Shown here: positions 19,324 to 28,504 of the stretch, piece after piece
Layout: the number at the start of each line of letters is the position of its first letter
Position numbering within the stretch: the stretch's first letter is position 1
Source of the DNA: Candidatus Sericytochromatia bacterium
GTDB taxonomy: Bacteria; Cyanobacteriota; Sericytochromatia; S15B-MN24; UBA4093
NCBI GenBank assembly: GCA_036676495.1
Contig: JAKFCT010000069.1
Location: forward strand, 1 to 64,000
DNA: 64,000 nt
Direction: 5' to 3'
Position numbers and translations under genes: made by a program
Notes under the pieces: model-generated
Databases searched by the model: none
Told to the model about the DNA's origin: nothing
Seen by the model: only the letters and a program-made list of their open reading frames with translations

Positions 19324-20808
19324 TCAGGGGCTAGTGACTTCGATATGGAAGCCGTCCCCCTCCCGTCGCAGAACTGCTTGTTGCGCGCGCAGCTTGAAGC
19401 CGGGCTGTTCGACCTCGAGGCTTCCTGAGGCGACCGAGGAGCCTGCGAGAAGCGGTTTTCCATTAACCCGGATCGCGCTCGGCTCCAGATTTCGGTATAG
19501 CTCGACCGTCAGTACCTTGGGCATGGTGTGTCGGATTGCGATGACGTTCTCCATCGTCAGCACCGGTTGTTTTGTCTTGGCGTGGGTGAACGCGAGAAGT
19601 TTACCTCGGGTGAGCCGGCGACCATCCGCGATGTCCCACGACTCGACCCATGAGCCGCCCATCGAGACGAGGTGCGAGGGCAGCTTCAGCGACAGCCGCG
19701 TTGCTCCCTGGCTGCGGAACTCCGTCATGACGTGCTCAATCTCACGGGACTCGGCTGCGGCCTGGGCTTGAAACTGAGCCTTGTGGCGCGACAGCTCTGC
19801 GTCGATGTTGTAGCGCTTCCCGAGTTGCTGGATGATTTCTTCGGGGCGCTGTTGCGGGCTCACGGCCTCCGCGAGAAGCCCATCCAGGGAGTCGACGTAA
19901 TCCGAGAAGCGGCCTTTCCATTCTGGCATCAAGCGGTCCAAGAGATGGCAGATGGCCGCGCCCATGACGTAATACCGCGAGCGATCCGGATCCTGCTGCT
20001 TCTCTAGCGCCGCTTTCAGCCTGGACGTCGTATAGGCGATGTGATTGGAGGCCCCCTTGGGATGGCTGCGCTCGAAGAACTTGTCCGTCAGGTACTGGGC
20101 CGTGCCTTCCGTTACCATCATGCCTTGCCGGTAATCCGCGTAATTCTTCGGGATCATGCTGTCGTGCTTCTGGCGTACCGCCAAGTAGAGCATGGCCCCG
20201 GTCTTGAGCGAGTTCGGGGTGCTTTCCCCGATGAGGCGTGCGAGAAGTGAGGCTTCGAGTTGCGTATAGGCGAAGTCTTCGGCGTCGAGAAGGCGCTCGT
20301 CGCCCTTTGCCATGCGGTGCATGAAATTTTCTTGGGCGGTGAAGTGAAAGGTTTCGTGGAACAGCGTCAGAAACTCGTGGATCGGATCCAGGGTCTCAGC
20401 CGTCTTCGCTTGCGCCAATTGCTTGACGATGAAGACGCGTTCGCCGTCGACATGCTTTTCATCCCAGGCGTTATCCGTTGCGAGCCCGAGTCGTCTCACG
20501 GTTTCGCCTTCAAGGCGCTTGACGCTAGGCAACGATGGAAGCGGCCGCCCGTCTAGCCTTTTGGACGTGCTCGTCGGGGGAGCGTTCAACAAGTAGTAGG
20601 TGTCACCAGTCCCGTAAACCAGCGGGTAGCTGGTGAGATCGTAGCCAGGCCAGACGGGGCCTTCTTTCGCGCTGTTTAGGTAGCCGACGAGACGCGTCAG
20701 GACCACCTCATCGTGACTTGGCGCCGGTTTCGCCGCCGCCTGGATCGGTTGGGGCAGCATCGCAAGTAAGAGAAAGAGAGAGATGGCGAGTCGCTTCTTG
20801 ATGCGCAT
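19324..20808 (-). CDS. Secreted putative zinc metallopeptidase (gluzincin-like)
   Basis: Signal peptide; HETFH (HExxH) plus downstream EGTAQY. Confidence 0.6.
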   Translation of the reverse strand: MRIKKRLAISLFLLLAMLPQPIQAAAKPAPSHDEVVLTRLVGYLNSAKEGPVWPGYDLTSYPLVYGTGDTYYLLNAPPTSTSKRLDGRPLPSLPSVKRLEGETVRRLGLATDNAWDEKHVDGERVFIVKQLAQAKTAETLDPIHEFLTLFHETFHFTAQENFMHRMAKGDERLLDAEDFAYTQLEASLLARLIGESTPNSLKTGAMLYLAVRQKHDSMIPKNYADYRQGMMVTEGTAQYLTDKFFERSHPKGASNHIAYTTSRLKAALEKQQDPDRSRYYVMGAAICHLLDRLMPEWKGRFSDYVDSLDGLLAEAVSPQQRPEEIIQQLGKRYNIDAELSRHKAQFQAQAAAESREIEHVMTEFRSQGATRLSLKLPSHLVSMGGSWVESWDIADGRRLTRGKLLAFTHAKTKQPVLTMENVIAIRHTMPKVLTVELYRNLEPSAIRVNGKPLLAGSSVASGSLEVEQPGFKLRAQQAVLRREGDGFHIEVTSP

Positions 20809-20895
20809 CGTGGCCTCCGTGCTCGGTAGGTGGCTCTAGCAACATACCCGATCGCGACAAAAGAAAGGGTGCCAGCAAGCGATCGACAGGGTTCC

Positions 20896-21050
20896 TTGAC
20901 AGCGAAACGGGACATGTGGCAGGATGCGTACGGTCCATCCCGAGGAGGTCCCGACCGCGATGTAATTCCTGACATACGGCCATATCCCCAGAATGCAGGC
21001 GCGCCGCAAGACGGTCGCAGCCGACGTGCAATGCGAGGACCCGTATGTCA
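20896..21050 (+). promoter_or_regulatory. Promoter and putative attenuation leader of the ABC-F gene
   Basis: TTGACA at 20896; SD GAGGAGGT at 20942-20949; ATG-TAA at 20960-20965; TGACATACGG (20970-20979) perfectly complementary to CCGTATGTCA (21041-21050), which covers the start codon. Confidence 0.6.
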
Positions 21051-22544
21051 CTTCTTTCCGCGAGCCGGGCGACGTTCCGGCATCCGGCCATGCCGGACGA
21101 TCTCTTCTCGGACGTCACCTTCCACATTTCGCCTGGCGATCGGATCGCCCTCGTCGGCCCCAACGGGGCCGGCAAAACGACGCTTCTCAAGCTCATGACC
21201 GGTGCGCTCATGCTCACCGAGGGGGCCATCGTACGGCGGCGCGGCCTGCTCGTCGCGACGATGGACCAGGTTTCCGAAGCGCCTTCCGATCGATCTCTCT
21301 TGGCCCATGTCGCGGCAGCCGAGCCTGATGGCGCCGAATGGCGCGCCGTGATGGTGCTCGAGGGCCTGGGGCTGCCGGCCTCAATCCACGACGCGCCATG
21401 GGGCACGCTCTCCGCGGGACAGCGCTCGCGCGCCATGCTCGCGGCGCTGCTCGTCGCCCCGGCGGATCTGCTCTTGCTCGACGAGCCGACCAACCATCTC
21501 GACGCGGAGGGGCGCGACTGGCTCGAAGCATGGCTGCCCCAGCAGGACGCCGCCATCGTGCTCATCTCCCATGACCGGGCGTTCATCGAAGCCTCCGCCT
21601 CACGGATCTTCGAGCTGCGTCGCGGCAAGCTCACCGTTCACGAGGGTGATTACGCCTATTTCCGTGAAGCCAAGGCCCTAGCCGATCGCCAGGCATGGGC
21701 TGCCTTCGAGGGGCAGCAGCGCCGCCAATCGGCGGCCACCCGGGCCGCGGCGAAACGCACGGCTCTTGCTCAGGATGTCGCGAAGGCCCCGAAAGGCCCA
21801 GGCCTTGGCGATAAGTCCTTTTACAAGGCCAAGGCTGCGAAGGTGGAAAAGACGGCAAAGATCATCCAGGCACGGGCCGAACGAGTCCCCGAGGCTCCGA
21901 AGCCGATCCTCGACGACGACATTCCCGTCCTGGATTGGGGGTTCGTGCGTCGATCGGGCGAACTGCCACTTGCGGTCAGGGGGCTCGCAAAAGCCTACGG
22001 CGATCACGGCCTCTTCGAGGGGCTCAGCTTCGACCTCGGGCGCGGCGAGCGGCTGGCCGTCCTCGGACAGAACGGAGCAGGCAAGACTACCCTGATCCGA
22101 ATTCTGCTCGGCCTCGAGACCCCGGACGCCGGGGAGATCGTCTGGGGGCATGGCGCTCAGCCCGGCTGGTTCGGGCAAGAGGCAGAGCAGCTCGACCCGG
22201 AGCTTTCGGCGCTCTCTAACCTGCTCACGGTGCGCCCAGACCAGGCCCGGGCCAGACTTCTGCTCGCTTGTCTAAGATTACGCGGGGACCGGGCATTTCA
22301 GCCGGTAGGTACCATGAGCGCGGGGGAACGCGCCAAGGTCGCACTCGCCAGGCTCTTGCTCAGCGGCGCCAACGTGCTCCTGCTCGACGAGCCCACCAAC
22401 CATCTCGATCTCGATACCCGTGAGGCCATTGAAGCGACCCTCGCGACGTATCCCGGTGCGATCGTGCTCGTGAGCCATGACCGACGCTTCATCGAGGCGA
22501 TCGCCACGAGGACCCTCACACTGGGGTCTCCTGAGAGGGGGTAA
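21045..22544 (+). CDS. ABC-F ATPase, ribosomal-protection-like
   Basis: Two NBDs (GPNGAGKT and GQNGAGKT, LLLDEPTNHLD twice), no TM segments, long basic interdomain linker. Confidence 0.88.
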   Translation: MSLLSASRATFRHPAMPDDLFSDVTFHISPGDRIALVGPNGAGKTTLLKLMTGALMLTEGAIVRRRGLLVATMDQVSEAPSDRSLLAHVAAAEPDGAEWRAVMVLEGLGLPASIHDAPWGTLSAGQRSRAMLAALLVAPADLLLLDEPTNHLDAEGRDWLEAWLPQQDAAIVLISHDRAFIEASASRIFELRRGKLTVHEGDYAYFREAKALADRQAWAAFEGQQRRQSAATRAAAKRTALAQDVAKAPKGPGLGDKSFYKAKAAKVEKTAKIIQARAERVPEAPKPILDDDIPVLDWGFVRRSGELPLAVRGLAKAYGDHGLFEGLSFDLGRGERLAVLGQNGAGKTTLIRILLGLETPDAGEIVWGHGAQPGWFGQEAEQLDPELSALSNLLTVRPDQARARLLLACLRLRGDRAFQPVGTMSAGERAKVALARLLLSGANVLLLDEPTNHLDLDTREAIEATLATYPGAIVLVSHDRRFIEAIATRTLTLGSPERG

Positions 22545-22630
22545 CAGGGTCTGCCTGCTTCAGCGAATGAGCTCAGCCTACGCCCGGAACCGCTCATCGC
22601 GCGGGCAGCCAACGCTTGAGCTTCGTCCGC

Positions 22631-24076
22631 TCATTCGCGATCGATCGTGAGCAACTGCGGGGGTGTTGCGTCTGCCGGATAGATCAGCTGCAAGAGCACC
22701 TCGCGTCGTGCTTGAGGCGGAACCTCAATCACCTCGAACGGCGGTAGGCGCTGCCCCTGTCGCAGGGTGACGTGCGTCAGCCGGGTCACGTCCATGCCTC
22801 GCTCGTTCTTCCAATCCAGGCGAACGGTGCCACGGAACGTGACGGGAAGATTCGGAGGCTCGAGGTAGGTAACCGTTCGTCCTGTCGCACTCACGGGGTG
22901 CGAAAGCGACAGGGCGTAACGGCGCGGAGTCAGGTCAGGGTTCGATAGGGGAAGTCGCAGCCGGTAGGCCACCCCGTAGTTGCCGTGGGCCTGGTAAGCG
23001 GTCTCTGGGTAGCGCCGCAGCATGGGGGCACTTTGGACCTGGTCGGTTCCCAGGCGTTTCAGGTAGGTGGTCGCGAGCGGGTACGCCACGCCAGAGCCAG
23101 GCTGGGAGATCAAGGCCGACTCCCCCTCCGTGCTAAACGCCTCTCCTCGCCACTGGCTCCCGAGGCTCACTCCGGCCACACGACCAAACGTGAACCCACC
23201 CATCGGGGGAGGTTTTCCGGGGTCGAAGGGCGTCGCAGCCGCTTCACGATCCCCCGCCAGCTGGCCTAGTCGGATCAACGCCTCGTAGTCGTCCAGTTGA
23301 GGGACCAGGAACTCTCCGGTTTCGCTGCGCCTGGCGAAGATCGCAACCTCCGAGAGGTAGACCGGCCCATCGCTCTCGAAGTCGGCGAGAACGCTCCGGC
23401 CGTTGACCGCCGGGAGGCTCGGGACGTCGGTGGGAATGGGCCACTGGTAGAGGAGTTTGGATTCGCGGGGCTCCAAGCGGAACGTCTCGAGCGGCAAGTT
23501 AGACGTGCCGAGCAGCAACTCGGTGGCGACGCGATCGCCGGGCCCCGCGTAGACCTCACCCAGCGGGTTGGGCACGATCGGGTCTAGGGGTCTGAACTTG
23601 GCATCCGGCTGACTGAGGTAAGACGAACCCCTGAAGGGGACGATCGTGTGCGCCTGGTCGCTCAGGTTGGTCGCGACCAGCCCGACGTAGAGAAGCCGCT
23701 CTCCGGGCGTCTCGTCCTTGGCAATGTGGTGGGAGAAGTACGAGAACTTCCCCTTGAAGGCATAGTCGAGGAAGGCCGGCCCATCGACCTCAGCGCTGGG
23801 AGGCAGGGTCGAAACCAGAATCCCTTCCCGCTGGACGATCTCAGGGCTGTTGCTGTTGAGCACCGGAGTCCCGTCGAGGCCGCCGGGAAGGGGAAAGACC
23901 GGCCGTTCAGTCGTCACGGGAACCTGCGGGCTCGGACTCACCTGCGGGTAGGGGGGCATTCCGCCTTCCCCTGGGGCTTGCGGGTGGCGAATCGTGCCGC
24001 ATCCCACCAGGAACGAGAAGACCAACAGGAGCGGCATCCGAGATGACCTGGGTGGCACGAAAGTACGCATTCGCAT
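22631..24076 (-). CDS. DUF3370-like lipoprotein
   Basis: Lipobox FLVGC; PLPGGLDGTPVLNSNSPE, SYLSQPDA, AYQAHGNYGV, YPADATPPQLLT; start may be 24037. Confidence 0.75.
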   Translation of the reverse strand: MRMRTFVPPRSSRMPLLLVFSFLVGCGTIRHPQAPGEGGMPPYPQVSPSPQVPVTTERPVFPLPGGLDGTPVLNSNSPEIVQREGILVSTLPPSAEVDGPAFLDYAFKGKFSYFSHHIAKDETPGERLLYVGLVATNLSDQAHTIVPFRGSSYLSQPDAKFRPLDPIVPNPLGEVYAGPGDRVATELLLGTSNLPLETFRLEPRESKLLYQWPIPTDVPSLPAVNGRSVLADFESDGPVYLSEVAIFARRSETGEFLVPQLDDYEALIRLGQLAGDREAAATPFDPGKPPPMGGFTFGRVAGVSLGSQWRGEAFSTEGESALISQPGSGVAYPLATTYLKRLGTDQVQSAPMLRRYPETAYQAHGNYGVAYRLRLPLSNPDLTPRRYALSLSHPVSATGRTVTYLEPPNLPVTFRGTVRLDWKNERGMDVTRLTHVTLRQGQRLPPFEVIEVPPQARREVLLQLIYPADATPPQLLTIDRE

Positions 24077-24316
24077 CGAGGGCCCCTTGCCACGATGGGC
24101 GGAAAACAGGGGTGGCATGCGACGCCATGGGCCGCTTCGTAGGTTCGGTTCATGAAAGCGCCGCGCGTTGGATCGTATGCTCCGCCTTCCGGTTCGGCCA
24201 GTTGCACTTTGCACCAGCCGGCACCGAGGGCCCGGACGTTTCTTCGATTGGCCTCATCGACTTGACGCCGCCAGGGCCCACGCGGAGCGTCCCTTACCGT
24301 CCTGCACCACCTCAGG

Positions 24317-24423
24317 CCGCTTGCGGAGTTTCAGGTCGGAGGAGCGGGATCGTCAATCCACGTGCCACCTTTCAGGCCACAAGGGTTAAAGACCTAGTCC
24401 ACGAGCTGCTTTTGACGATCTAG
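24317..24423 (+). mobile_element. att-like junction copy C
   Basis: CCGCTTGCGG hairpin relic, TCAGGTCGGAGGAGCGGGAT core, tail SGRRSG...RVKDLVHELLLTI*. Confidence 0.7.
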
Positions 24424-24460
24424 GCGTTGGGGAAAGCTGTAATCGTACTCGAACCTAAGG

Positions 24461-25576
24461 TTAGTCGATTTGAGGACTTGCTGTGCAGTTGGGAACCGAC
24501 ACGGAGTCCATCTCACCGGGGAAGAACCGTTGCTTGAGCCAGAGCGAGACGTAGACCAAGGCCACCAGAGCGGGCACTTCGACAAGGGGACCTACGACCG
24601 CAGCTAAGGCTTCCGAGGATGCGATGCCGAACATCCCGACAGCCACCGCGATCGCCAGTTCGAAGTTGTTTCCCGCTGCGGTGAAGGATAGAGCTGCCGT
24701 CTCCTGGTAATTGAAGCCCAAGGCCTTGCTCACGGCGAAGGCGAGGAAGAACATCACCAGGAAGTAGAGCACGAGCGGAATCGAGATGCGAACGACATCC
24801 ACGGGGAGGCTGACTATCTTGCTGCCCTGCATGCTGAACATCAAGACGATGGTGTATAGCAGGCCGATGAGGGCCGTTGGCCCCAGCTTGGGCATCAGGA
24901 CGTTGTCGTACCAGTCGCGTCCCTTCAAGCGAACGCCCACGATACGGGTGATGGCACCCAGGGCCAGAGGGATGCCGAGGAAGATGAGGACGCTCTTGGC
25001 GATGGCCCACATGGAGACGTCGAGTGCAGTGGCCGTGCCGCCCAGCCAGACCGGTAGGACCGTCAGGAAGAAGTAGCCCAACACCGAGTACATCGCGATC
25101 TGGAAAAGGGAGTTGAGCGCCACCATGATGGCAGCGGCTTCGCTGTCGCCTTTCGCGAGCATGTTCCAGAGCAGGACCATGGCGATGCAGCGGGCGAGCC
25201 CAATCATGATGAGGCCGGTTCGGTACTCCGGCAGGTCGGGTAGCATCACCCAGGCCAGGCTGAACATCACCACCGGTCCGAGAATCCAGTTGAAGAACAG
25301 CGAGGCCCCTAAGAGCTTCCCCTTCGCCTTGAATGTTCCGAGGGTTTCGTAGCGGACCTTGGCGAGGACCGGATACATCATCCAGAGCAAACCGATAGCG
25401 ATGGGCAGCGATACATCCGCCACCTGGACGGCATCAAGGGCCGGGCCGATACCCGGAAAGACCTTCCCGAGCAGAACGCCCAGCGCCATGGCGGCGAAGA
25501 TCCAGAGGGGTAGGAAACGGTCGATGAGAGACAGCTTCCCGACGATGTTCGATACCTGAACGGCTTCTGTGGCCAT
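24461..25576 (-). CDS. acr3: Arsenite efflux transporter Acr3
   Basis: LSLIDRFLPLWI, MMYPVLAKV, GLARCIAMV, AAGNNFELAIAVA, GPLVEVP. Confidence 0.95.
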   Translation of the reverse strand: MATEAVQVSNIVGKLSLIDRFLPLWIFAAMALGVLLGKVFPGIGPALDAVQVADVSLPIAIGLLWMMYPVLAKVRYETLGTFKAKGKLLGASLFFNWILGPVVMFSLAWVMLPDLPEYRTGLIMIGLARCIAMVLLWNMLAKGDSEAAAIMVALNSLFQIAMYSVLGYFFLTVLPVWLGGTATALDVSMWAIAKSVLIFLGIPLALGAITRIVGVRLKGRDWYDNVLMPKLGPTALIGLLYTIVLMFSMQGSKIVSLPVDVVRISIPLVLYFLVMFFLAFAVSKALGFNYQETAALSFTAAGNNFELAIAVAVGMFGIASSEALAAVVGPLVEVPALVALVYVSLWLKQRFFPGEMDSVSVPNCTASPQID

Positions 25577-25577
25577 G

Positions 25578-25901
25578 CTACAGCTCCTCGAAGATGGCCA
25601 AAGGCTCCTTGGCGGTGTCAGTGGCCTTGTAGTAGTTCCAGCGGCCCTGTTTCCGAGCCGTGACCAGGCCTGCTTGGCTCAGAACCGACAGGTGATGCGA
25701 GAGACTGCCTTGGGGCATCCCGAGCACTTCCATGAGGTCGCAGACGCAGACCTCGTGGTCCTTCACGAGGTGCAGCAACTTGAGGCGAACCTCGTCGCCC
25801 AGCGCCTTGAAGAGCCGGGCCTTGTCGGCCAGCCCGGCGGGCAACACGGTTGGGTTTGGACTCTCACAGCAGGCGGTGAGCTGCTTCAACTTCTTGAGCA
25901 T
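25578..25901 (-). CDS. arsR: ArsR family repressor
   Basis: FKALGDEVRLKL...EVCVCDL...LSHHLSVL; N-terminal CC. Confidence 0.9.
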   Translation of the reverse strand: MLKKLKQLTACCESPNPTVLPAGLADKARLFKALGDEVRLKLLHLVKDHEVCVCDLMEVLGMPQGSLSHHLSVLSQAGLVTARKQGRWNYYKATDTAKEPLAIFEEL

Positions 25902-25928
25902 GGGATCCCCTTGACAAGCTACGAACCC

Positions 25929-25962
25929 ATCGATTAATTTCGATTCATCGAGAAACGTCGAT
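25929..25962. promoter_or_regulatory. Tandem ArsR operator boxes in the divergent promoter
   Basis: ATCGA-N6-TCGAT twice (25929-25944 and 25947-25962). Confidence 0.7.
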
Positions 25963-26011
25963 GGTTCTATTCTACACCCAGTTCGCTCAGATTCAAGCGA
26001 GGAGGTCCACC

Positions 26012-26794
26012 GTGCCCTTGCCCACTTCCCAAGATGAAATTCGCCAGGTCGTTCAGGAGCACTACGCCGAGGTCGCAAAAAGCGCGCAGAGCTGTTGCGC
26101 TCCATCCTGCTGCTCGCCCAGTTCGACAAGCTTGGGCTACACTGCAGAAGACCTGACCTCAGTTCCCAAGGGGGCCGACCTCGGCCTCGGGTGCGGCAAC
26201 CCCCAGCTCATCTCTGAGCTGAAGCCGGGCGAGGTGGTGTTAGACCTTGGCAGCGGTGCGGGTTTTGACTGTTTCCTGGCCGCCAACAAGGTCGGGCCGA
26301 CCGGAATGGTCATCGGCGTGGACATGACCCCCGAGATGCTTGACCGTGCCCGTCAAAACGCCCACAAGGGGGGCTACTCCAACGTCGAGTTCCGTCAGGG
26401 GCTGATCGAGGACCTACCGGTCGAGGCTGGGACCGTCGACGTCATCATGTCGAACTGCGTCGTCAACCTCTCGCCTGCTAAGGCCCAGGTCTACCAAGAG
26501 GCGTTCCGGGTCCTGAAGCCGGGCGGGCGCATCGCCATCTCTGACGTGGTCGCATTCCAGCCGCTTCCCATCGAGATCCGGGAACAGCTCTCACTTTACT
26601 CGGCGTGCATCGCAGGAGCCGCGACCATCGCCGACATCGAGGGCATGCTCCGTGATGCCGGTTTCGATAACATAAACATCCAGGCGAAGCTGGAGGAGAG
26701 CCGGATGATGGTCCAGGAGTGGGCGCCCGGCAGTGGATTGGAGGAGTACGTGGCCTCGGCGATGATCACCGCAAGCAAGGCGGTTGGCCAATGA
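26012..26794 (+). CDS. arsM: Arsenite S-adenosylmethionine methyltransferase
   Basis: SCCAPSCC, LGLGCGNP, VLDLGSGAGFD, SNCVVNL, ACIAGA; SD ggagg before GTG at 26012. Confidence 0.92.
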   Translation: MPLPTSQDEIRQVVQEHYAEVAKSAQSCCAPSCCSPSSTSLGYTAEDLTSVPKGADLGLGCGNPQLISELKPGEVVLDLGSGAGFDCFLAANKVGPTGMVIGVDMTPEMLDRARQNAHKGGYSNVEFRQGLIEDLPVEAGTVDVIMSNCVVNLSPAKAQVYQEAFRVLKPGGRIAISDVVAFQPLPIEIREQLSLYSACIAGAATIADIEGMLRDAGFDNINIQAKLEESRMMVQEWAPGSGLEEYVASAMITASKAVGQ

Positions 26795-27198
26795 AACAGG
26801 TCCTGTTTGCCTGCATCCACAACACGGGGCGCAGCCAGATGGCTGAGGCATTCTTCAACCAGATCGCTGACCCCACCAAGGCACGCGCCATCTCCGGGGG
26901 AACTGAGCCGACATCGGGGATGAATCCCACCGTTCTCGCCGTCATGAAAGAGGTTGGCCTCGACTTGGTGGCCCAAGGGCATCACCCGAAGCTCGCAGAC
27001 CTGGACGCTCTCTCGGTCGGGGATCGGGCAATCTCCATGGGGTGTGGCGTGAGCCTGGCATGCCCTGCGCACTTGGGCCGGATGGAAGACTGGGGGCTGG
27101 ATGACCCTAAGGGGCAGCCCATCGAGCGCGTCCGCGAGATTCGCGACGACATCAAGAAGCGAGTCGAGGGCCTGGTACGCGAACTTGGGGTTTTGTAA
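26791..27198 (+). CDS. arsC: Arsenate reductase, LMW-PTP fold
   Basis: CIHNTGRSQMAEAF; MGCG...CP; DWGLDDPKG. Confidence 0.88.
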   Translation: MKQVLFACIHNTGRSQMAEAFFNQIADPTKARAISGGTEPTSGMNPTVLAVMKEVGLDLVAQGHHPKLADLDALSVGDRAISMGCGVSLACPAHLGRMEDWGLDDPKGQPIERVREIRDDIKKRVEGLVRELGVL

Positions 27199-27211
27199 GT
27201 TTTGAAATCGA

Positions 27212-27243
27212 TTAGGGGATGGGACGGTGATCCCATCCCCTAA
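27212..27243. terminator. Hairpin after arsC
   Basis: ttaggggatggga/tcccatcccctaa perfect stem. Confidence 0.65.
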
Positions 27244-27254
27244 TCCTTCGACAT

Positions 27255-27410
27255 GAAAGAATGACCGCCAGCAGTGAGACGCATGCTGACGGGGAGCCTA
27301 CAGTAAACCTCAGATCAGAAGCTCCCCGTCCCGTTATGCGATGAGGCAAGACGCCGAATTCCCAGGCAAATTGGGCGCAGGATCGAGTCCACAAGCGCCT
27401 CCTCTCCTAG
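27255..27410 (+). mobile_element. Degenerate att-like junction copy
   Basis: GACCGCCAGCAG-TGAGACGCA-TGCTGACGG hairpin relic, TCAGATCAGAAGC core relic, tail QDRVHKRLLS*. Confidence 0.6.
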
Positions 27411-27563
27411 GTTTGAGAACGGTTTGTTTTCGTGTGATATTGTTTATTCGAGTTTACGCTTGAATGCCTCGATACTCGATATCCAACTCCCGCCATTTAC
27501 TGGAACAGTAACGTTAGCGCGGGCTCGCTGGCACCATCCTTGCGGCTGGGCAAAGGGGGGAAA

Positions 27564-27992
27564 ATGGCAGTCAAGACCTATGGGATCAATCACGTCGCCA
27601 TCGAGGTGACGGACATCGAGAAGGCCGTGGACTTCTACACGGATGTCTTCAACCTGGAAAAACTGAACGAGGGGGAGGGCGACGCGTTCTTCAAAGTCGG
27701 CGAACACCAGTTTCTGGCGATCTTCGAGGTTGACGAGGTCAAGCCGGATCGCGCCCGTCACTTTGGTCTGATGGTTCGTGACGAGGCACAGCTTGCGGAG
27801 GTCCGCGCGAAGGTCTCGAAGAAATGGGGGCTGGTCTTGCATCCAGGGTTCAGGTGCGACTTCCACGATCCGTGGGGCAACCATATCCAAGTTGTCGACC
27901 TGCATAATGAGTCGTTGGTCTGGTTGCTCCCCTACCAAGAGATACAGAAAGTCGGCATCACGTTTGAACGCGTCTCGGAATCGGCGCTGTAG
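27564..27992 (+). CDS. VOC/glyoxalase family protein
   Basis: INHVAIEVTDIEKAVDFY...HFGL...FHDPWGNHIQV. Confidence 0.85.
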   Translation: MAVKTYGINHVAIEVTDIEKAVDFYTDVFNLEKLNEGEGDAFFKVGEHQFLAIFEVDEVKPDRARHFGLMVRDEAQLAEVRAKVSKKWGLVLHPGFRCDFHDPWGNHIQVVDLHNESLVWLLPYQEIQKVGITFERVSESAL

Positions 27993-28097
27993 CTAATATC
28001 GGTGGCGTTGCCGCCAAGCAGCGGCTCGTCTCGGACGCAGCGAACAAACACCTGGACGTAGGCAAGGTTTCGCTTCCGACGCCGCTGAAATTCCCGC

Positions 28098-28251
28098 AAG
28101 AGAAAGACCGCCAGCAGTTAGAAGCCCTGCTGGCGGTCTATTCTTGATTCCCTTGCGGGATTCAGGTCGGAGCGGCGGGATGGTTACTTTGAACCAGCCA
28201 CCCCATGGAAAAAAGCTCCAGGAGCTGATCCACGAGCTGCTTATGGCCTGA
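28098..28251 (+). mobile_element. att-like junction copy D (best preserved)
   Basis: Double hairpin, 17-bp exact match to the tRNA-Pro 3' end GGTCGGAGCGGCGGGAT (28165-28181), tail SGRSGG...KLQELIHELLMA*. Confidence 0.85.
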
Positions 28252-28504
28252 TTTGCGGGCACTGAGCTTACTAATCTGAGTACTTGACGACGAAAGATCC
28301 CGGCGCTATGAAGTGCCTTGACTCATTCAGACCCTGGCAGGCCCCAAAGGGGGGGCCTACGCTTGCCGTGCTGTCACGTGTTTCCACGAACGTCGTCCTG
28401 TGGAAGGAAGTCTTGTTTGAGCTGACACTGACGCTCGTGAGAAGTTCTCAGAGAAAGGTGTCCGGAGTCTTGACCCTGGACACCTTCAATGTACGCCGTA
28501 AAGA

